From a virus (Duplodnaviria; Caudoviricetes), in IMG/VR virus record IMGVR_UViG_3300046167_000572, positions 1 through 54,815 of that record: DNA of 54,815 bases. One strand, given 5' to 3'. Position 1 is the first letter of the stretch; every line of letters starts with the position of its first letter. This document shows, piece after piece, positions 39,592-50,400 of this stretch. The notes beneath the pieces were generated by a model. It was not told the DNA's origin. It made no database searches and saw nothing but the letters and a program-made list of their open reading frames with translations. Made by a program: the position numbers and the translations under genes.

Positions 39592-40216
39592 ATCTTCTCT
39601 CTATGATTGCTTCAAACTGATTAATTCCTAACATTGTTGTAAGAGGTGGCTTCTTATCCCAAAAAGATCTTATCCATTTTCTATGACCGCTTGAGTTTGC
39701 TATTTGAAAATAACTAAACCAAAAATCTTCTGCTACTAAATCTATTTTATTTCCAGTCTTTGGCGAGACTATTCCTTTTCTCCCCAGTTCACGCAGTTCT
39801 TTCCATCTTGGTTGTGCCTTAAATGCGTTAGCACTATGTTGATAGAACGACTTGTCTGTCACCTCTTTAAAAATTTCATTAATCCTATCCAAATCTAATA
39901 TATATATCTTTTTAGTATAGTCTTTAGTATTGTAGCCACCTGACGGCGGGGGGTAGCCAGCATATGGCGATACCTGTATTTTATAAAGATTGCTCGTGTT
40001 ATCTCTTCTTTCCCAATCGATCAGCTCCATTTCTTTAAGCTTTTTTAAATTACTTTTTATGGCTGACAAAGACAAGTTTGTAAGCTCAGTTAATTTTTTG
40101 TGTGATGGATATGATTGACCAAACTCATCTGAGTAGTTTGCTAAAACTATTAAAATTAATTTTTGTGTTGAATTGACTTCAACCTTTAAAACTTTTGTGA
40201 TGTATTCAAGTGACAT
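39584..40216 (-). CDS. Replication initiator with N-terminal winged HTH
   Basis: 'KLILIVLANYSDE.GQSYPS...L...T.LS...I...LK.L....LI'; directly upstream of dnaB. Confidence 0.8.
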   Translation of the reverse strand: MSLEYITKVLKVEVNSTQKLILIVLANYSDEFGQSYPSHKKLTELTNLSLSAIKSNLKKLKEMELIDWERRDNTSNLYKIQVSPYAGYPPPSGGYNTKDYTKKIYILDLDRINEIFKEVTDKSFYQHSANAFKAQPRWKELRELGRKGIVSPKTGNKIDLVAEDFWFSYFQIANSSGHRKWIRSFWDKKPPLTTMLGINQFEAIIERRYG

Positions 40217-40267
40217 GCTTTTCCCTCATGCAGACATTTAACTAAAAAAAATAATCATTGTAAAGTA

Positions 40268-40296
40268 TTGTTTTAAAATTAATTAAATATTACAAT
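40268..40296 (+). promoter_or_regulatory. Sigma70-type promoter for the recombination operon, in an AT-rich divergent intergenic region
   Basis: TTGTTT-17 bp-TACAAT, then SD GGAGG and ATG at 40315. Confidence 0.65.
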
Positions 40297-40314
40297 CATT
40301 GCGGAGGTTTTATA

Positions 40315-40932
40315 ATGACAAAACAAAAAATATACACAGCACTATCTAATGTGCAAAAACATATGCTAGCAAACCCTATTGCAAAAGAAGGTGTGAATAG
40401 CTATCAAAAATATAAATACAGGGGTATAGATCAGATCATACAATCTTTTTCTAAACCACTACACGACAATAATGTTCTTACGTTGGTTCAACCAGACTTG
40501 AATGTATCAACTAAGTTTTTAGATGATGGTAGGTCAACACTAACAAGGGTTGTTGGAACTTTGAGGTTTGTTTGTACTGATGACGGGTCTTATGTAGACA
40601 GATCATATGTTGGTCATAGCAAATCACAACAGGGAAAAGATCTGGAATCTGCAAGATCTTTTGCTTACAGAAATGCTTTACTTGAAACATTCTGCGTACC
40701 GTTTGAGGGTATAGAAGAGCCAGAGTTAGAGGGTGTTGATAAATCCTCACAACCTGAACAGGATCAAGATGAGTTTTCTGTAATAGAGGACTTCAAAAAA
40801 GAACTCAAATCTGCTGAAACTAAAGAACAGGCACAACAAATATTTAAAAACTATGACAAGGTTGCAGAGCTTAGTAATGATAAAGAAACAAGAGTGCAAT
40901 TAAATCTTATATATAGCAAGGCGGTGAAATAA
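40315..40932 (+). CDS. ERF-family single-strand annealing protein
   Basis: 'IAKEG.N..QKYKYRGID', 'DGS...S.....S...KD...A.SFAY.NALL.TF..P'. Confidence 0.85.
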   Translation: MTKQKIYTALSNVQKHMLANPIAKEGVNSYQKYKYRGIDQIIQSFSKPLHDNNVLTLVQPDLNVSTKFLDDGRSTLTRVVGTLRFVCTDDGSYVDRSYVGHSKSQQGKDLESARSFAYRNALLETFCVPFEGIEEPELEGVDKSSQPEQDQDEFSVIEDFKKELKSAETKEQAQQIFKNYDKVAELSNDKETRVQLNLIYSKAVK

Positions 40933-41879
40933 TGGTGCAGATAAAACAAGGCACCCCTGCTTGGCATGATCAAAGATCTAACAGGATTACTGGGACAAGA
41001 CTTCCAAAGGCTGTAGATGAATGTATCTGGACAAAGGGAGATCAGTGGGAGGCACTAGGAAGAGATATCTTTAGAGAGGCAAACCATTTAACACAGGACC
41101 CTTTTAATCAATTTGCTATGTTTGCAATGAAGCACGGTACTGACAGTGAGCCCTTAGCCTTAAAAACTTTGGCTGGCATGGGATATAAAATAACACAGCC
41201 GTCTTTTGTTGTTCACCCTGAACACAATTGGATGGGCATATCACCAGACGGAATAATGCTTAAGGGTAGGAATGGATCTATATCAGCGGTAGAAATAAAA
41301 TGTCCGCAATCTAAGCCATGTACAAACGTAAAGGAACAGAAAAGAAACTACTGGCATCAAATGCAAATGGCTATGGAATGCATGGACATTGATGAAATGC
41401 TTTTCTTTCAATGGTATAGCGATACAGAATATTTTGAGCAATGGATATCAAGAGACACCAAGTGGGCTCAAACATATATACCTAAAGCACAAAAGTTTAT
41501 GGACTGGTACAACGAAAAATCTAAGGATCTTACTTATATTGAAAGATGGTCAGAAGATAAAGATGAACCAGGAATTAATTATAAAACGGTTGAAGATACT
41601 GATGAAACATCAGAGCTTGCAACTGTATTAAAAGAACTAAAGCAGCTCAAAGACAAGTCTTCTGTCCTAGATCTTAGGAAAAAAGAATTGTCTGCTATGT
41701 TGATAAAAAAACATGGCGGGGCGTTTGGTACGTCTTCAGTGAAATGTCACATGACACAAGCTAGAGGCAGAATTAACTATAGTCGACTGGTCAAGGATCA
41801 GAACATTGAAAGAGATGTGTTAGAAGAATACAGATCTGAAGGTGATTCAAGGATTTATACCAAATTACTAGAGGAATAA
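40932..41879 (+). CDS. YqaJ / lambda-type exonuclease
   Basis: 'QGT..W...R..RITGT', 'M.HG...EP.A', 'SPDG', 'EIKCP', 'Y..QMQ..M'. Confidence 0.9.
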   Translation: MVQIKQGTPAWHDQRSNRITGTRLPKAVDECIWTKGDQWEALGRDIFREANHLTQDPFNQFAMFAMKHGTDSEPLALKTLAGMGYKITQPSFVVHPEHNWMGISPDGIMLKGRNGSISAVEIKCPQSKPCTNVKEQKRNYWHQMQMAMECMDIDEMLFFQWYSDTEYFEQWISRDTKWAQTYIPKAQKFMDWYNEKSKDLTYIERWSEDKDEPGINYKTVEDTDETSELATVLKELKQLKDKSSVLDLRKKELSAMLIKKHGGAFGTSSVKCHMTQARGRINYSRLVKDQNIERDVLEEYRSEGDSRIYTKLLEE

Positions 41880-41883
41880 AAAA

Positions 41884-42048
41884 ATGGCTAATAATAAAAA
41901 ATCAATTAGTTCAAGAATTGAAGAGGATGTTTACAACAAACTTATAGCAATAAGTAAAAAAGAAGACCACAAATTCTTTGATAGAAAAATTGCTTATATG
42001 GTAAATAAAATTTTAGAGTCTTGGGTTAATAAGGAGAAAAATATATAA
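41884..42048 (+). CDS. Small ribbon-helix-helix-like protein (54 aa); not in ORF track
   Basis: Hand translation MANNKKSISSRIEEDVYNKLIAISKKEDHKFFDRKIAYMVNKILESWVNKEKNI; SD GAGG. Confidence 0.55.
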   Translation: MANNKKSISSRIEEDVYNKLIAISKKEDHKFFDRKIAYMVNKILESWVNKEKNI

Positions 42049-42305
42049 TGACATACGATAATACTAATCGCGGTGCGATCTGGAAAAACGACAAAAAGGA
42101 AACGGAAAAACATCCTGACTTCAGGGGAGAACTGAATGTTAAAGGTGAAGATTTTTTTGTTAGTGCTTGGAAAAGAAAACCTGGTGCTAATGAAAAATCC
42201 CCAGCCCTTAGCTTTAGCATACAACCTAAAAGCGATGTTTCTTTTAAGCCAAAAACTGATGAAGTTTTTCCTAAAAGTACAATTGAAGATGATTTACCAT
42301 TCTAA
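42048..42305 (+). CDS. Single-stranded DNA-binding protein (short type)
   Basis: 'GAIWKN..K..EKHPDFRG.L.V.G....SAW' and acidic tail EDDLPF. Confidence 0.75.
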   Translation: MTYDNTNRGAIWKNDKKETEKHPDFRGELNVKGEDFFVSAWKRKPGANEKSPALSFSIQPKSDVSFKPKTDEVFPKSTIEDDLPF

Positions 42306-42316
42306 AAGGAGCAAAA

Positions 42317-42595
42317 ATGGAACAACAAGAAAATAAAAACATTATCTTAAATGTAGACGGAGAGGCTAGAGAGTATGAGATTGACTCTTTATCCAAGGAA
42401 GCCAAGAACAGGTTAAATGTTCTGGGATTTCATACAAATACAATCATGCCTTTGCTTACTGAGATAGTAAGACTGGTACAGCTTGGAAATCAAGTGGATC
42501 AGGGACAGCTCACCGAGAAGTTACCTGAGAAGTACGAAGTTGTACAGCAAGAAGAGGTAGAGGCTGTAGAGGCTGAGGAAGAGCCGTCTAACTAA
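42317..42595 (+). CDS. Hypothetical protein
   Basis: 92 aa with SD AAGGAG; 'VDG...EYEIDSLS.EAK'. Confidence 0.6.
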   Translation: MEQQENKNIILNVDGEAREYEIDSLSKEAKNRLNVLGFHTNTIMPLLTEIVRLVQLGNQVDQGQLTEKLPEKYEVVQQEEVEAVEAEEEPSN

Positions 42596-42597
42596 AG

Positions 42598-43311
42598 ATG
42601 GATGACAAACTAGAAAAGAGTCTCTCTCACTCAGAGAGGCTCTCGTCTATTCTAGGCGAAGGTAGCCTATCAGGATCTCCGTGCAACGGCGGGGTGTGTT
42701 CAACGATGATAGGTGATACAAGATGCAAGACATGCGGACGACATGAAGACGAAATCAACAAATGGAACCAGCTTCCAGAAGAACAAAGAAAAATCATAAA
42801 CATTAAAAATGCCGCTGAAGGTTTTAAAATAAGACAAGTTTTATCACAAGAAGATAGGTGGAGGGATTTACAAAAATTGAAAACAGATACCAATAAAGCA
42901 TTTGAAAAAGATTTAAGGGTTGGTCAGGAACTAGAACAATTAGTTCTTGATGCCATAAAAAAGAAATACCCATCAGCAGTACAGGTTCCTGGTAAGTTTA
43001 AACCATACGATATATTTGTAGCAGAGAAAAACCTAAAGGTAGAAGTTAAGGTTGACTACAAGAGTCAAGAGACTGGAAACATTATCATTGAGCTTTACAT
43101 GTTTAATAAACCATCAGCACTATTAAGCACAGAGGCTGACTACTGGATCATACATACGGGAAAAGAGATTCTTTGGGCTAAGCCTAAAAAGATTATTGAG
43201 TGCATAATGATAAACAATATAAAATCAAAAGAGATTCTTGGTAGCGGTGATGCACAAAAGAAAATAGCATGCCTTATACCAATAGAGTTATTTAAACAAT
43301 ACACTATTTGA
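42598..43311 (+). CDS. DUF1289-like Cys-rich domain fused to a PD-(D/E)XK nuclease
   Basis: 'SPC.GGVC......CKTCGR..DEI.KW' followed by 'YDI.......EVK.D.....TGNI.IE...S.L.ST.ADYW'. Confidence 0.7.
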   Translation: MDDKLEKSLSHSERLSSILGEGSLSGSPCNGGVCSTMIGDTRCKTCGRHEDEINKWNQLPEEQRKIINIKNAAEGFKIRQVLSQEDRWRDLQKLKTDTNKAFEKDLRVGQELEQLVLDAIKKKYPSAVQVPGKFKPYDIFVAEKNLKVEVKVDYKSQETGNIIIELYMFNKPSALLSTEADYWIIHTGKEILWAKPKKIIECIMINNIKSKEILGSGDAQKKIACLIPIELFKQYTI

Positions 43312-43336
43312 CTTTGATAATTTAACAAATTACAAT
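43308..43336 (+). promoter_or_regulatory. Sigma70-type promoter for the integrase unit
   Basis: TTGACT-17 bp-TACAAT. Confidence 0.75.
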
Positions 43337-43363
43337 GTTTACATTACTAACTATGAGGGAATT

Positions 43364-43546
43364 ATGGTAATAGATATAACAATAGAAGACATACAAAATC
43401 TTAAAATTCATTGTGAGTCTAAGATTTCAGAAATATATGACAAAGAAGGTTTAACAATTCAGCAAAAAGCAGACGAAGCTTCTGTTTACAGACAAAGAAT
43501 TGAGAATCTTATTGATGTAATACATCAAGCAAAACTAATTAAATAA
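43364..43546 (+). CDS. Hypothetical protein upstream of the integrase
   Basis: 60 aa with SD GAGG; TAATG-coupled to the integrase. Confidence 0.6.
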   Translation: MVIDITIEDIQNLKIHCESKISEIYDKEGLTIQQKADEASVYRQRIENLIDVIHQAKLIK

Positions 43547-44346
43547 TGAATACTTGGCACGACACTGTTAGGCAATATTACAGGTTCAATAAAATGGGTA
43601 AAAACGATTTTACCTATAGAAAATATTTTGATCCTTTGTTTGCTGACATGGACATAAAGAGTATTACTAAAGAACAAATAGCTATTGCAAGGTCTGGGAT
43701 AAACGGATCACCAGGAACTGTTAATAGATATTTAAACTACTTCAGAGCCGTACTTATGTATGGCTACGAAGAGTTAGGGTGGTTGGACACCAAGCCTATG
43801 ATTAAAAGAGTAAAGGAACTCCCTAAGAGAACCAAGTATTTTACTCTGGAAGACATTAAAGTTTTACATACAGTGCTCCCCCTGCACTTAAAAAAACCTT
43901 TTGTCTTCTCCCTCCTTACTGGGGTGAGGATGTCCAACTGCTTTAATCTTAAATGGGATGACATAAATAAAGATCAGATTTCTATAGATGGAACTGAAAC
44001 AAAGAACGGAAAAGGTCTTTCGGTCCCGCTTAACAAGAAATGCAGAGAGCTTCTGTATTCAATTAAAAAAGAAAGCCCGTATGTTTTCACATATTCTGGC
44101 AGAAAGATTAACAGAGCCTCTAACACTGGATGGTATAACGCTTTAAAGAAAGCAAACCTAGAAGGATTTAGATGGCACGACATACGTCACACTTGGGCTA
44201 CTCATCATGTGCAAAATGGAACCCCCTTACATACATTACAGCATCTTGGTGGGTGGTCTGATTTTAATATAGTGAATAGATACGCTCACCTTTCCAAGGA
44301 CTATCTTAGCGATGCTTGTGAGGTCAGCAATAGTTTGGTATCTTAG
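43546..44346 (+). CDS. int: Tyrosine recombinase / integrase (short; no arm-binding domain)
   Basis: Catalytic R 'TGVR', K 'TKNG', H..R 'WHDIRHTWAT', 'LGGW', Y 'NRYAH'. Confidence 0.92.
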   Translation: MNTWHDTVRQYYRFNKMGKNDFTYRKYFDPLFADMDIKSITKEQIAIARSGINGSPGTVNRYLNYFRAVLMYGYEELGWLDTKPMIKRVKELPKRTKYFTLEDIKVLHTVLPLHLKKPFVFSLLTGVRMSNCFNLKWDDINKDQISIDGTETKNGKGLSVPLNKKCRELLYSIKKESPYVFTYSGRKINRASNTGWYNALKKANLEGFRWHDIRHTWATHHVQNGTPLHTLQHLGGWSDFNIVNRYAHLSKDYLSDACEVSNSLVS

Positions 44347-44360
44347 ATACTTAAACCTTC

Positions 44361-44419
44361 AGCGGGGTTGGTTATTTTTCATACCTCCCTCAATAGTATG
44401 TTTACTAATCCCGCTTTTT
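44361..44419 (+). terminator. Extended hairpin at the convergence of int and the polyvalent gene; probable terminator
   Basis: AGCGGGGTTGGT pairs with ACTAATCCCGCT; inner stem CATAC/GTATG; followed by a T run. Confidence 0.55.
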
Positions 44420-47400
44420 CTTCTTCTTAATTCTTTCTAAACCGTCTTGTAGGATCTTATTATATTTAAGATGTATTTTGTGCTTATCTTCGTCTATCTG
44501 ATCTGACAGTCTTGAATACCTTGCGTAATCTTTTTCTCGCAAATTCATAATTGTCTTTTCTCTTTGACCTAGTTTTCTAAGTTCTTTGTCTGCCGATTTC
44601 ACAGCCTCTCCTAGTTTAAGATATTCTGAATCAAATCCTGTTCTTTCTACATAGTCTCTTAATGCAGCTTTATTGTTATCTTTTTTATAGTTTGTAAACT
44701 CTCCAACTTTTTGAGAAATAATATCTTTGTTTTTATAAAAGTTGCTTGCGTCAACATAGTCCATGGGGTCTGCTGTTAGGACTCTAACGAATGGAACCTC
44801 GTTTAATTCAATGCTTTCGTTTGTTCCTGTTGTAAGGTTGTTATATACCTTTCCAGATATTGATGCTGTTCTTTCAGCCATGGTATACATGCCACCAAGA
44901 TAGGACTGCAAGTAGAACTTTATTTTGTCTGGGCTCCAGTCAACCATTCCTTTGTCAAACTTACCGCCACCAGTAGCACTGTTAACCATCATTGTAAATT
45001 CTCTATAGAACTCATTAGTGTTTCTAAGCTTTCTTGATGATTGTGGGGTTTCTGCTGTTCCTGGAAACTGTTCTTTATAAACTGGAGCTCCTGTCCATTT
45101 TTCATTTACCCTGGATTCATACAATGGCTTAGCTACTGATGGAACAATTGTTTTTATAAAGTCTATTCCTTGATCCTGAGAATAGCCTATGCCCACTGGG
45201 GAGAATGCCCCAGATACTATTCCAGCCATATCCTTGCCCATTTCTACTGGTGTTCTTTTTTGATATCCAAGTATTGGTTTACTTGCCACCTCGGTTCCCA
45301 TTCTTCCTAAGTTATAGAATATGTTATACCCATATGGCAAAGGAATAGCTAAAGCAAATGGCTTGCCATTAACGGTATATCTTCTGCTGTATTTATTAAA
45401 TTTAACCTCGCCATCCTGAAACTTTACGCCAGGTATCGGGATAACCATAAATCTTTCTTTTTCGTGATCTGGTATCTTATCAATAAGAAGTTTTCCATCC
45501 TCGTCCTCATCTGATATTAACATTGAGTACATCTGCACAAGTGCACCAAGACCAGTAAGACCGCCGATTATATTTTTTGCGGACTTTGAAACCCCGCTCC
45601 AAACAACTTTTCCATTCTGAAATCCTATTGGGTTCATTCCTCTAAACATGTTTACAGAACCCTGAACAGATGCGTTTGCAAAAATATAAAATGCGTTAAC
45701 TACAGGTCCAAGTTTTCCAGATCTGTTAAAGTTTATAGTTAAGTTCTTTGCCAGAACTGCGGCATCATCGAAGTCTTGTTTGGATGCTTTCTTTGTACCG
45801 CCAGCGGCGTTAATGTATTCTTTAAAGACAGCAAACCTTGCAGTGTTTTCAATAGCATTGTTTACATTTTCAACCATTTTAAATGTTGAGTTATAAACCT
45901 TCTTGGCGTTTACCTTTCCCTTTCCAGAGTGAACTAAAGAAAGCTCTTCCATGGCTTTTGCTATTTGATCTATGTCTTTGGCATTCACATAACCAGTCTG
46001 ACCACCAAACTTCTGGAACGCATCAAAGAGTGCAAATGTTTCTGGATCTTTTTCTTGTAAGCTTTTAGTTACATAGCCATCCTTAAGCTGCCTCATTGTT
46101 TTGGCTATATTGTTTGGCTTAAAAGCTTTTGCAAGATCTAGGTTCTGTGCTCTTCCCCCCTCTATCTCTTGTTCTTTTAATAAATTAAAGTACCCAGTTT
46201 GATAATCCCTAAAGAAGTTTCCAACAATAAATTCTGGAGCGAGTGATGTATATAGGCTGGAAAGTGTTCCTGTAAGTCCTCTCATTACACCAATTGACCA
46301 ATGCATACTGTTATTTCCCCAAGCATCTAATCCCTTTGCTAGTCTCTCGTCTCTTATAACAATAAACTTTTGTTTGCCATTTTCCTTAAATCCTATTTTA
46401 GATTCTTTGCCATCCCACTCGTGTGGTCTTTCGTTTCTTTTTACACCCCTGACCTGCCATAGCTTCTTATCTGGGAATGTATTAACAAGCTCCGCCAAGG
46501 ATTTGTCTATGAAGTTCTTTTCTCCCCGAACCACAGCCGACTGCCTTCTTATAACAGCCTGTTCTAAAGGTGGTCCTGACTCAGAGGTCCTTCCCTTAGC
46601 CTCCATTACCTCTCTTCCAAACACACTTATTCCGCCGCCAGTTGCTCTTGGTGAGCTGTCTTCAATAGTTTCAACAGAGAATCCAACTAGCGGCACATAG
46701 TATCTATATGAGCTATCCCAGTCCTCCAGGGTTTGCTCATCCACAAGATCTTGATCTCTGTATATATTTAATGTGTCCTGTTGATATGATTCAAGTAGCT
46801 TGAATGCATTTAAGAGGTTCTTACCTTTTTCATTATTTGCACTTGCCTTGTTTGTCTTTTCATCAAACTTAATTCCAATAGACTCGAGAGTCTCAATCGC
46901 TTTGTCTGTTTTTATTCCAGATCCGCTGTCTTGGTATTTTGCTAATACATTTTTTCTTTTAGTGATCTTTCCTTTAAGGACAGTTCTTTTGCTTTTTTCC
47001 GTTTCAGCAAGAAGTTCAGCCTCAAGCTCGGGTATTTCTTTGTTGTATTTTTCATTGATCTTTTTATTTCTTTCTGGGGCGTGCAGGTTTTTAAGAAAAT
47101 CGTTGAACTCTTCTCTTGATATATTGACGCTATTTAAGAACTCAGATATTTCTGTGGTTGCCTCCACAGCCTTGTCCATTCCGTACTTAACCTTTCCATG
47201 ATACACATCTGTTTTTCTTACAACAGACAGTCTCCTCATTTCTTTTGGGCTAACTAATTTTCCTAGCTTTTCTTCAAAAGCCTTTAGCCTGTCTAGTTTA
47301 TCTACAGCCTGTTCTTGAAAAGTTGAGAATGTTTGAAATAGTTGAGACGCATCGTTGGATGTCATTGTCTCGTAAATATCGAATTGAGATTCTTCTTCTG

Positions 47401-50400
47401 GTAGAACCTTTTTAGATAGGGTTGGGGGTGTTAGGTCTGCTTGTCCTGTGTAGTTTGAGTTGATTGATTCATCTCTTTTCCATCCGTATTTTTCTGAGAA
47501 GGTTTGGTCGACTTCATCAATTCTCTGTTTGAGGTCCCTGACGATATTCTCAACCCTTCCCTGAAGATCGGGTGAGATTCCTCTAATACTCTCAATGTAA
47601 CTTTCGCCATTTTTATTTTTACTCCAGTTGTTAGAAAGATATCCTTCGCTAGACGCAAATTGTCCAAGATCAACATCTTCGTTATTTTCAAATTGTACAC
47701 CATTTAAAACATTGTTTACAATCTTTTTAAATTTTAAGTTTGGTATGTCAAGGTATGAAAAGTTAATTAGCCTTGCACCATTTGCTGTCCCTATAGGGTT
47801 ATAGTCCTTGATTCCTGACTCTTTTTCCATTGCCTCTGCAAGCATCTGTGTTTCGTTTTCAGTTAATGGTCTTCCTATATTAATATCCATTCCATTTAAC
47901 TTAGTCTTAGCTATTCCCTTTTGGAAGAATGGTTTGTGATACCCAATACCGTCCTGCTTTAAAAGTATTCCAAGGGCTGCCGAGTATGCTTTTGCTAGGT
48001 CCTCTGACGCTGGTTCTAGTTTTGCAAATTCCGTTTTTGGATCTGCTTTGTATATCTTTGTTAAAGCTATTTGTGTTTGTGATCCTGGGCTGACTTTACC
48101 CTCAAAGAATCCTGGTGCCTCGACTATTCCAGGCGATAGTATCCCCAGAGTATTGGCAACAAGGTCTGATCCGCTTTCATCTTGTAAAGCTTTCGATATT
48201 GCAACATGGTATTCCTGCAACTGCTCGTATGGTGCATTAAACATCTCAGGCATATGCCCTGATGTTCTTCCTGGTATAGACTCCCAGCTTATTTGACCTA
48301 ATGATTTTTCTAGTGCATTGGCATAATTAAACCCAGCAGCATTTACATCGGTCCCTTCATCTCTAGCCTTTTGAGCCGTCCATATAGCAGCCTGTACCTG
48401 TTGGGGTTCCCAACCAAGCTGATTAGATATTTTTTGTATTTCATTTTCTACGAATGAGTATTGTGCTGGCGTTGGTGCGTCAGTATCAAAGTTAAATGCC
48501 CTGACCATCCAAACATCTACGGTTACTCCCTGTGTCCTGGACGGATCTATAACCCTCATAATATTGTTATAAAATTCGTTGGTTTTTCTTCCCCCCCAGT
48601 CCTTGCCCTCAAAGACATTAATTATCTTTTCGCTCATTGCTTTAGGAAATCTTCCAGTCTTTACTGTTTCTCCAGCAATATATTGATAGTAAGCCTGTAG
48701 TGCATAGTTAAAGTTTGCCTCCACTGGGGTTCCTGGTGATGTTATTGCAATAACCTGTGCAAGTTTGTCTGCGTTTTCTTTGTTGTTGTTTGTTATATCT
48801 AGTAGTGCTTGACCACTTTGCTCATACCAGAATCTTTGAGAAACGCCTTCCTTGGCTAGACCTCTCATTTTTCGCCTGAGTGCACCTACTTTTTGTTTGG
48901 AGTCCATTCCCTCTGGAGCTCCAACAACCTGACCAGTTGTACCTACTTGTTTTAGTTCTGATATTTCAGGTCGAACACCGTCCCTGTCTGTAGATTCTTC
49001 CTGTCCAACCAGTCTTGCACTGGTTTCTGAGACGATATCGCCTGATCTATCATCTTCAACGTCTGTTCTTCTGTCTGAAACCTCAATACTTCGCTGGGCA
49101 CTGGGTGTTTGAAAAGCAAGTTGTACTCTCTCAGCTTTCTTTGTAGTTCCGTCAATTGAAATTGCATCGTTTAGTTCCTCTATTAATTTTAGTGCTGTTG
49201 GAGCCTTCTCTTCTAGCAGTGATCTATTAGTATAATATAATTCATGAAGCTGACCAAACACCTCTGCTTTAATCATTCTTTCTTGAGCTGGGTTCATACT
49301 TCCATTCATTCCAATCATTTCATTAAATGGATATCTAAGCATGTTGCCGTCATAGTATCTGCCCTTCTGACCCTCATTGAACATTCTGAGTGCCTCTTTC
49401 ATTATCTCCCCGCCAGAGTTGTCCGCAATATCTAGAGTGCCTGTGCCTTCGTTGTAGCTAAAGTTTGGTAAATTAAATAAAGGAGACCCTGCTGTTGCTG
49501 GTTGAAGTATATTAAGATTATCGCTAGGAGATCTTGCAATTGTAAAGTCTATATGATGTCCCATTTCATGGGCTATGGTTGATCTTAAATTTAACTTAGA
49601 TCCTAACTTGTTTGTAAATTTTAACTCTGATATTCCAGATATAGGAGAGAAGGATACGCCCCTGAGTGTCGGCATGTAGATTCCATATGAGGCGTCAAAT
49701 GTTTTATATCTATTGTCTTTGGTATGAACGCCAACAAAATCAAGATCTGTAAATATATCAAGTGGCATTCCTGACTTGGTTAAATCTATAATTCCTTTAG
49801 AAGCGTTTATACCCTCTTCGTTATTTAAGTCTCTAAACCTATAATACTTTTGTTCTCCAGACGGGTCCTCTAATAATTTTTCTTCAAAGGTTCTTGCATC
49901 TATTATTAAACTTTTTGTTAGATCTAATTCTTTTTGATCATATGTATCATTTCTTATCTGGTCTATATTTAAAGGTTGGGTTGAGGGGCAGGTCTGTCTC
50001 AAGAAGATTTATATTTGCGTCAAGCCTTTGAGTTATTATTGGAGATAGATTTAAATCTATTTCAGAAGTTTGTGGTCCCGCAACTTTCTTTTTAAAAACT
50101 CCTGAAAGAGGGTCATCAAAATTAAACTCTTCTTGTTTTTTTGCTGGAAACTTAAGCTGAAGAGATTCCATATATTCATCTGGCTGAGAAACTTCTCCCT
50201 CTTCTCCAACCACTAAAGGCTTTCTGAAATCTATAAAAGGTTGATTAAAGTATTCTAATGCAATTACCTCATCTGCGGTCCATCCCTTGCCATTGGCGTT
50301 TGGATCTAAAAGTATTCTTGACGCACTATCAATTGCGTTGTAGTTAAGGGTTAAATTATTAACATTGTTATTAAAGTTTTCTATAAATAATTCTAGTTCA

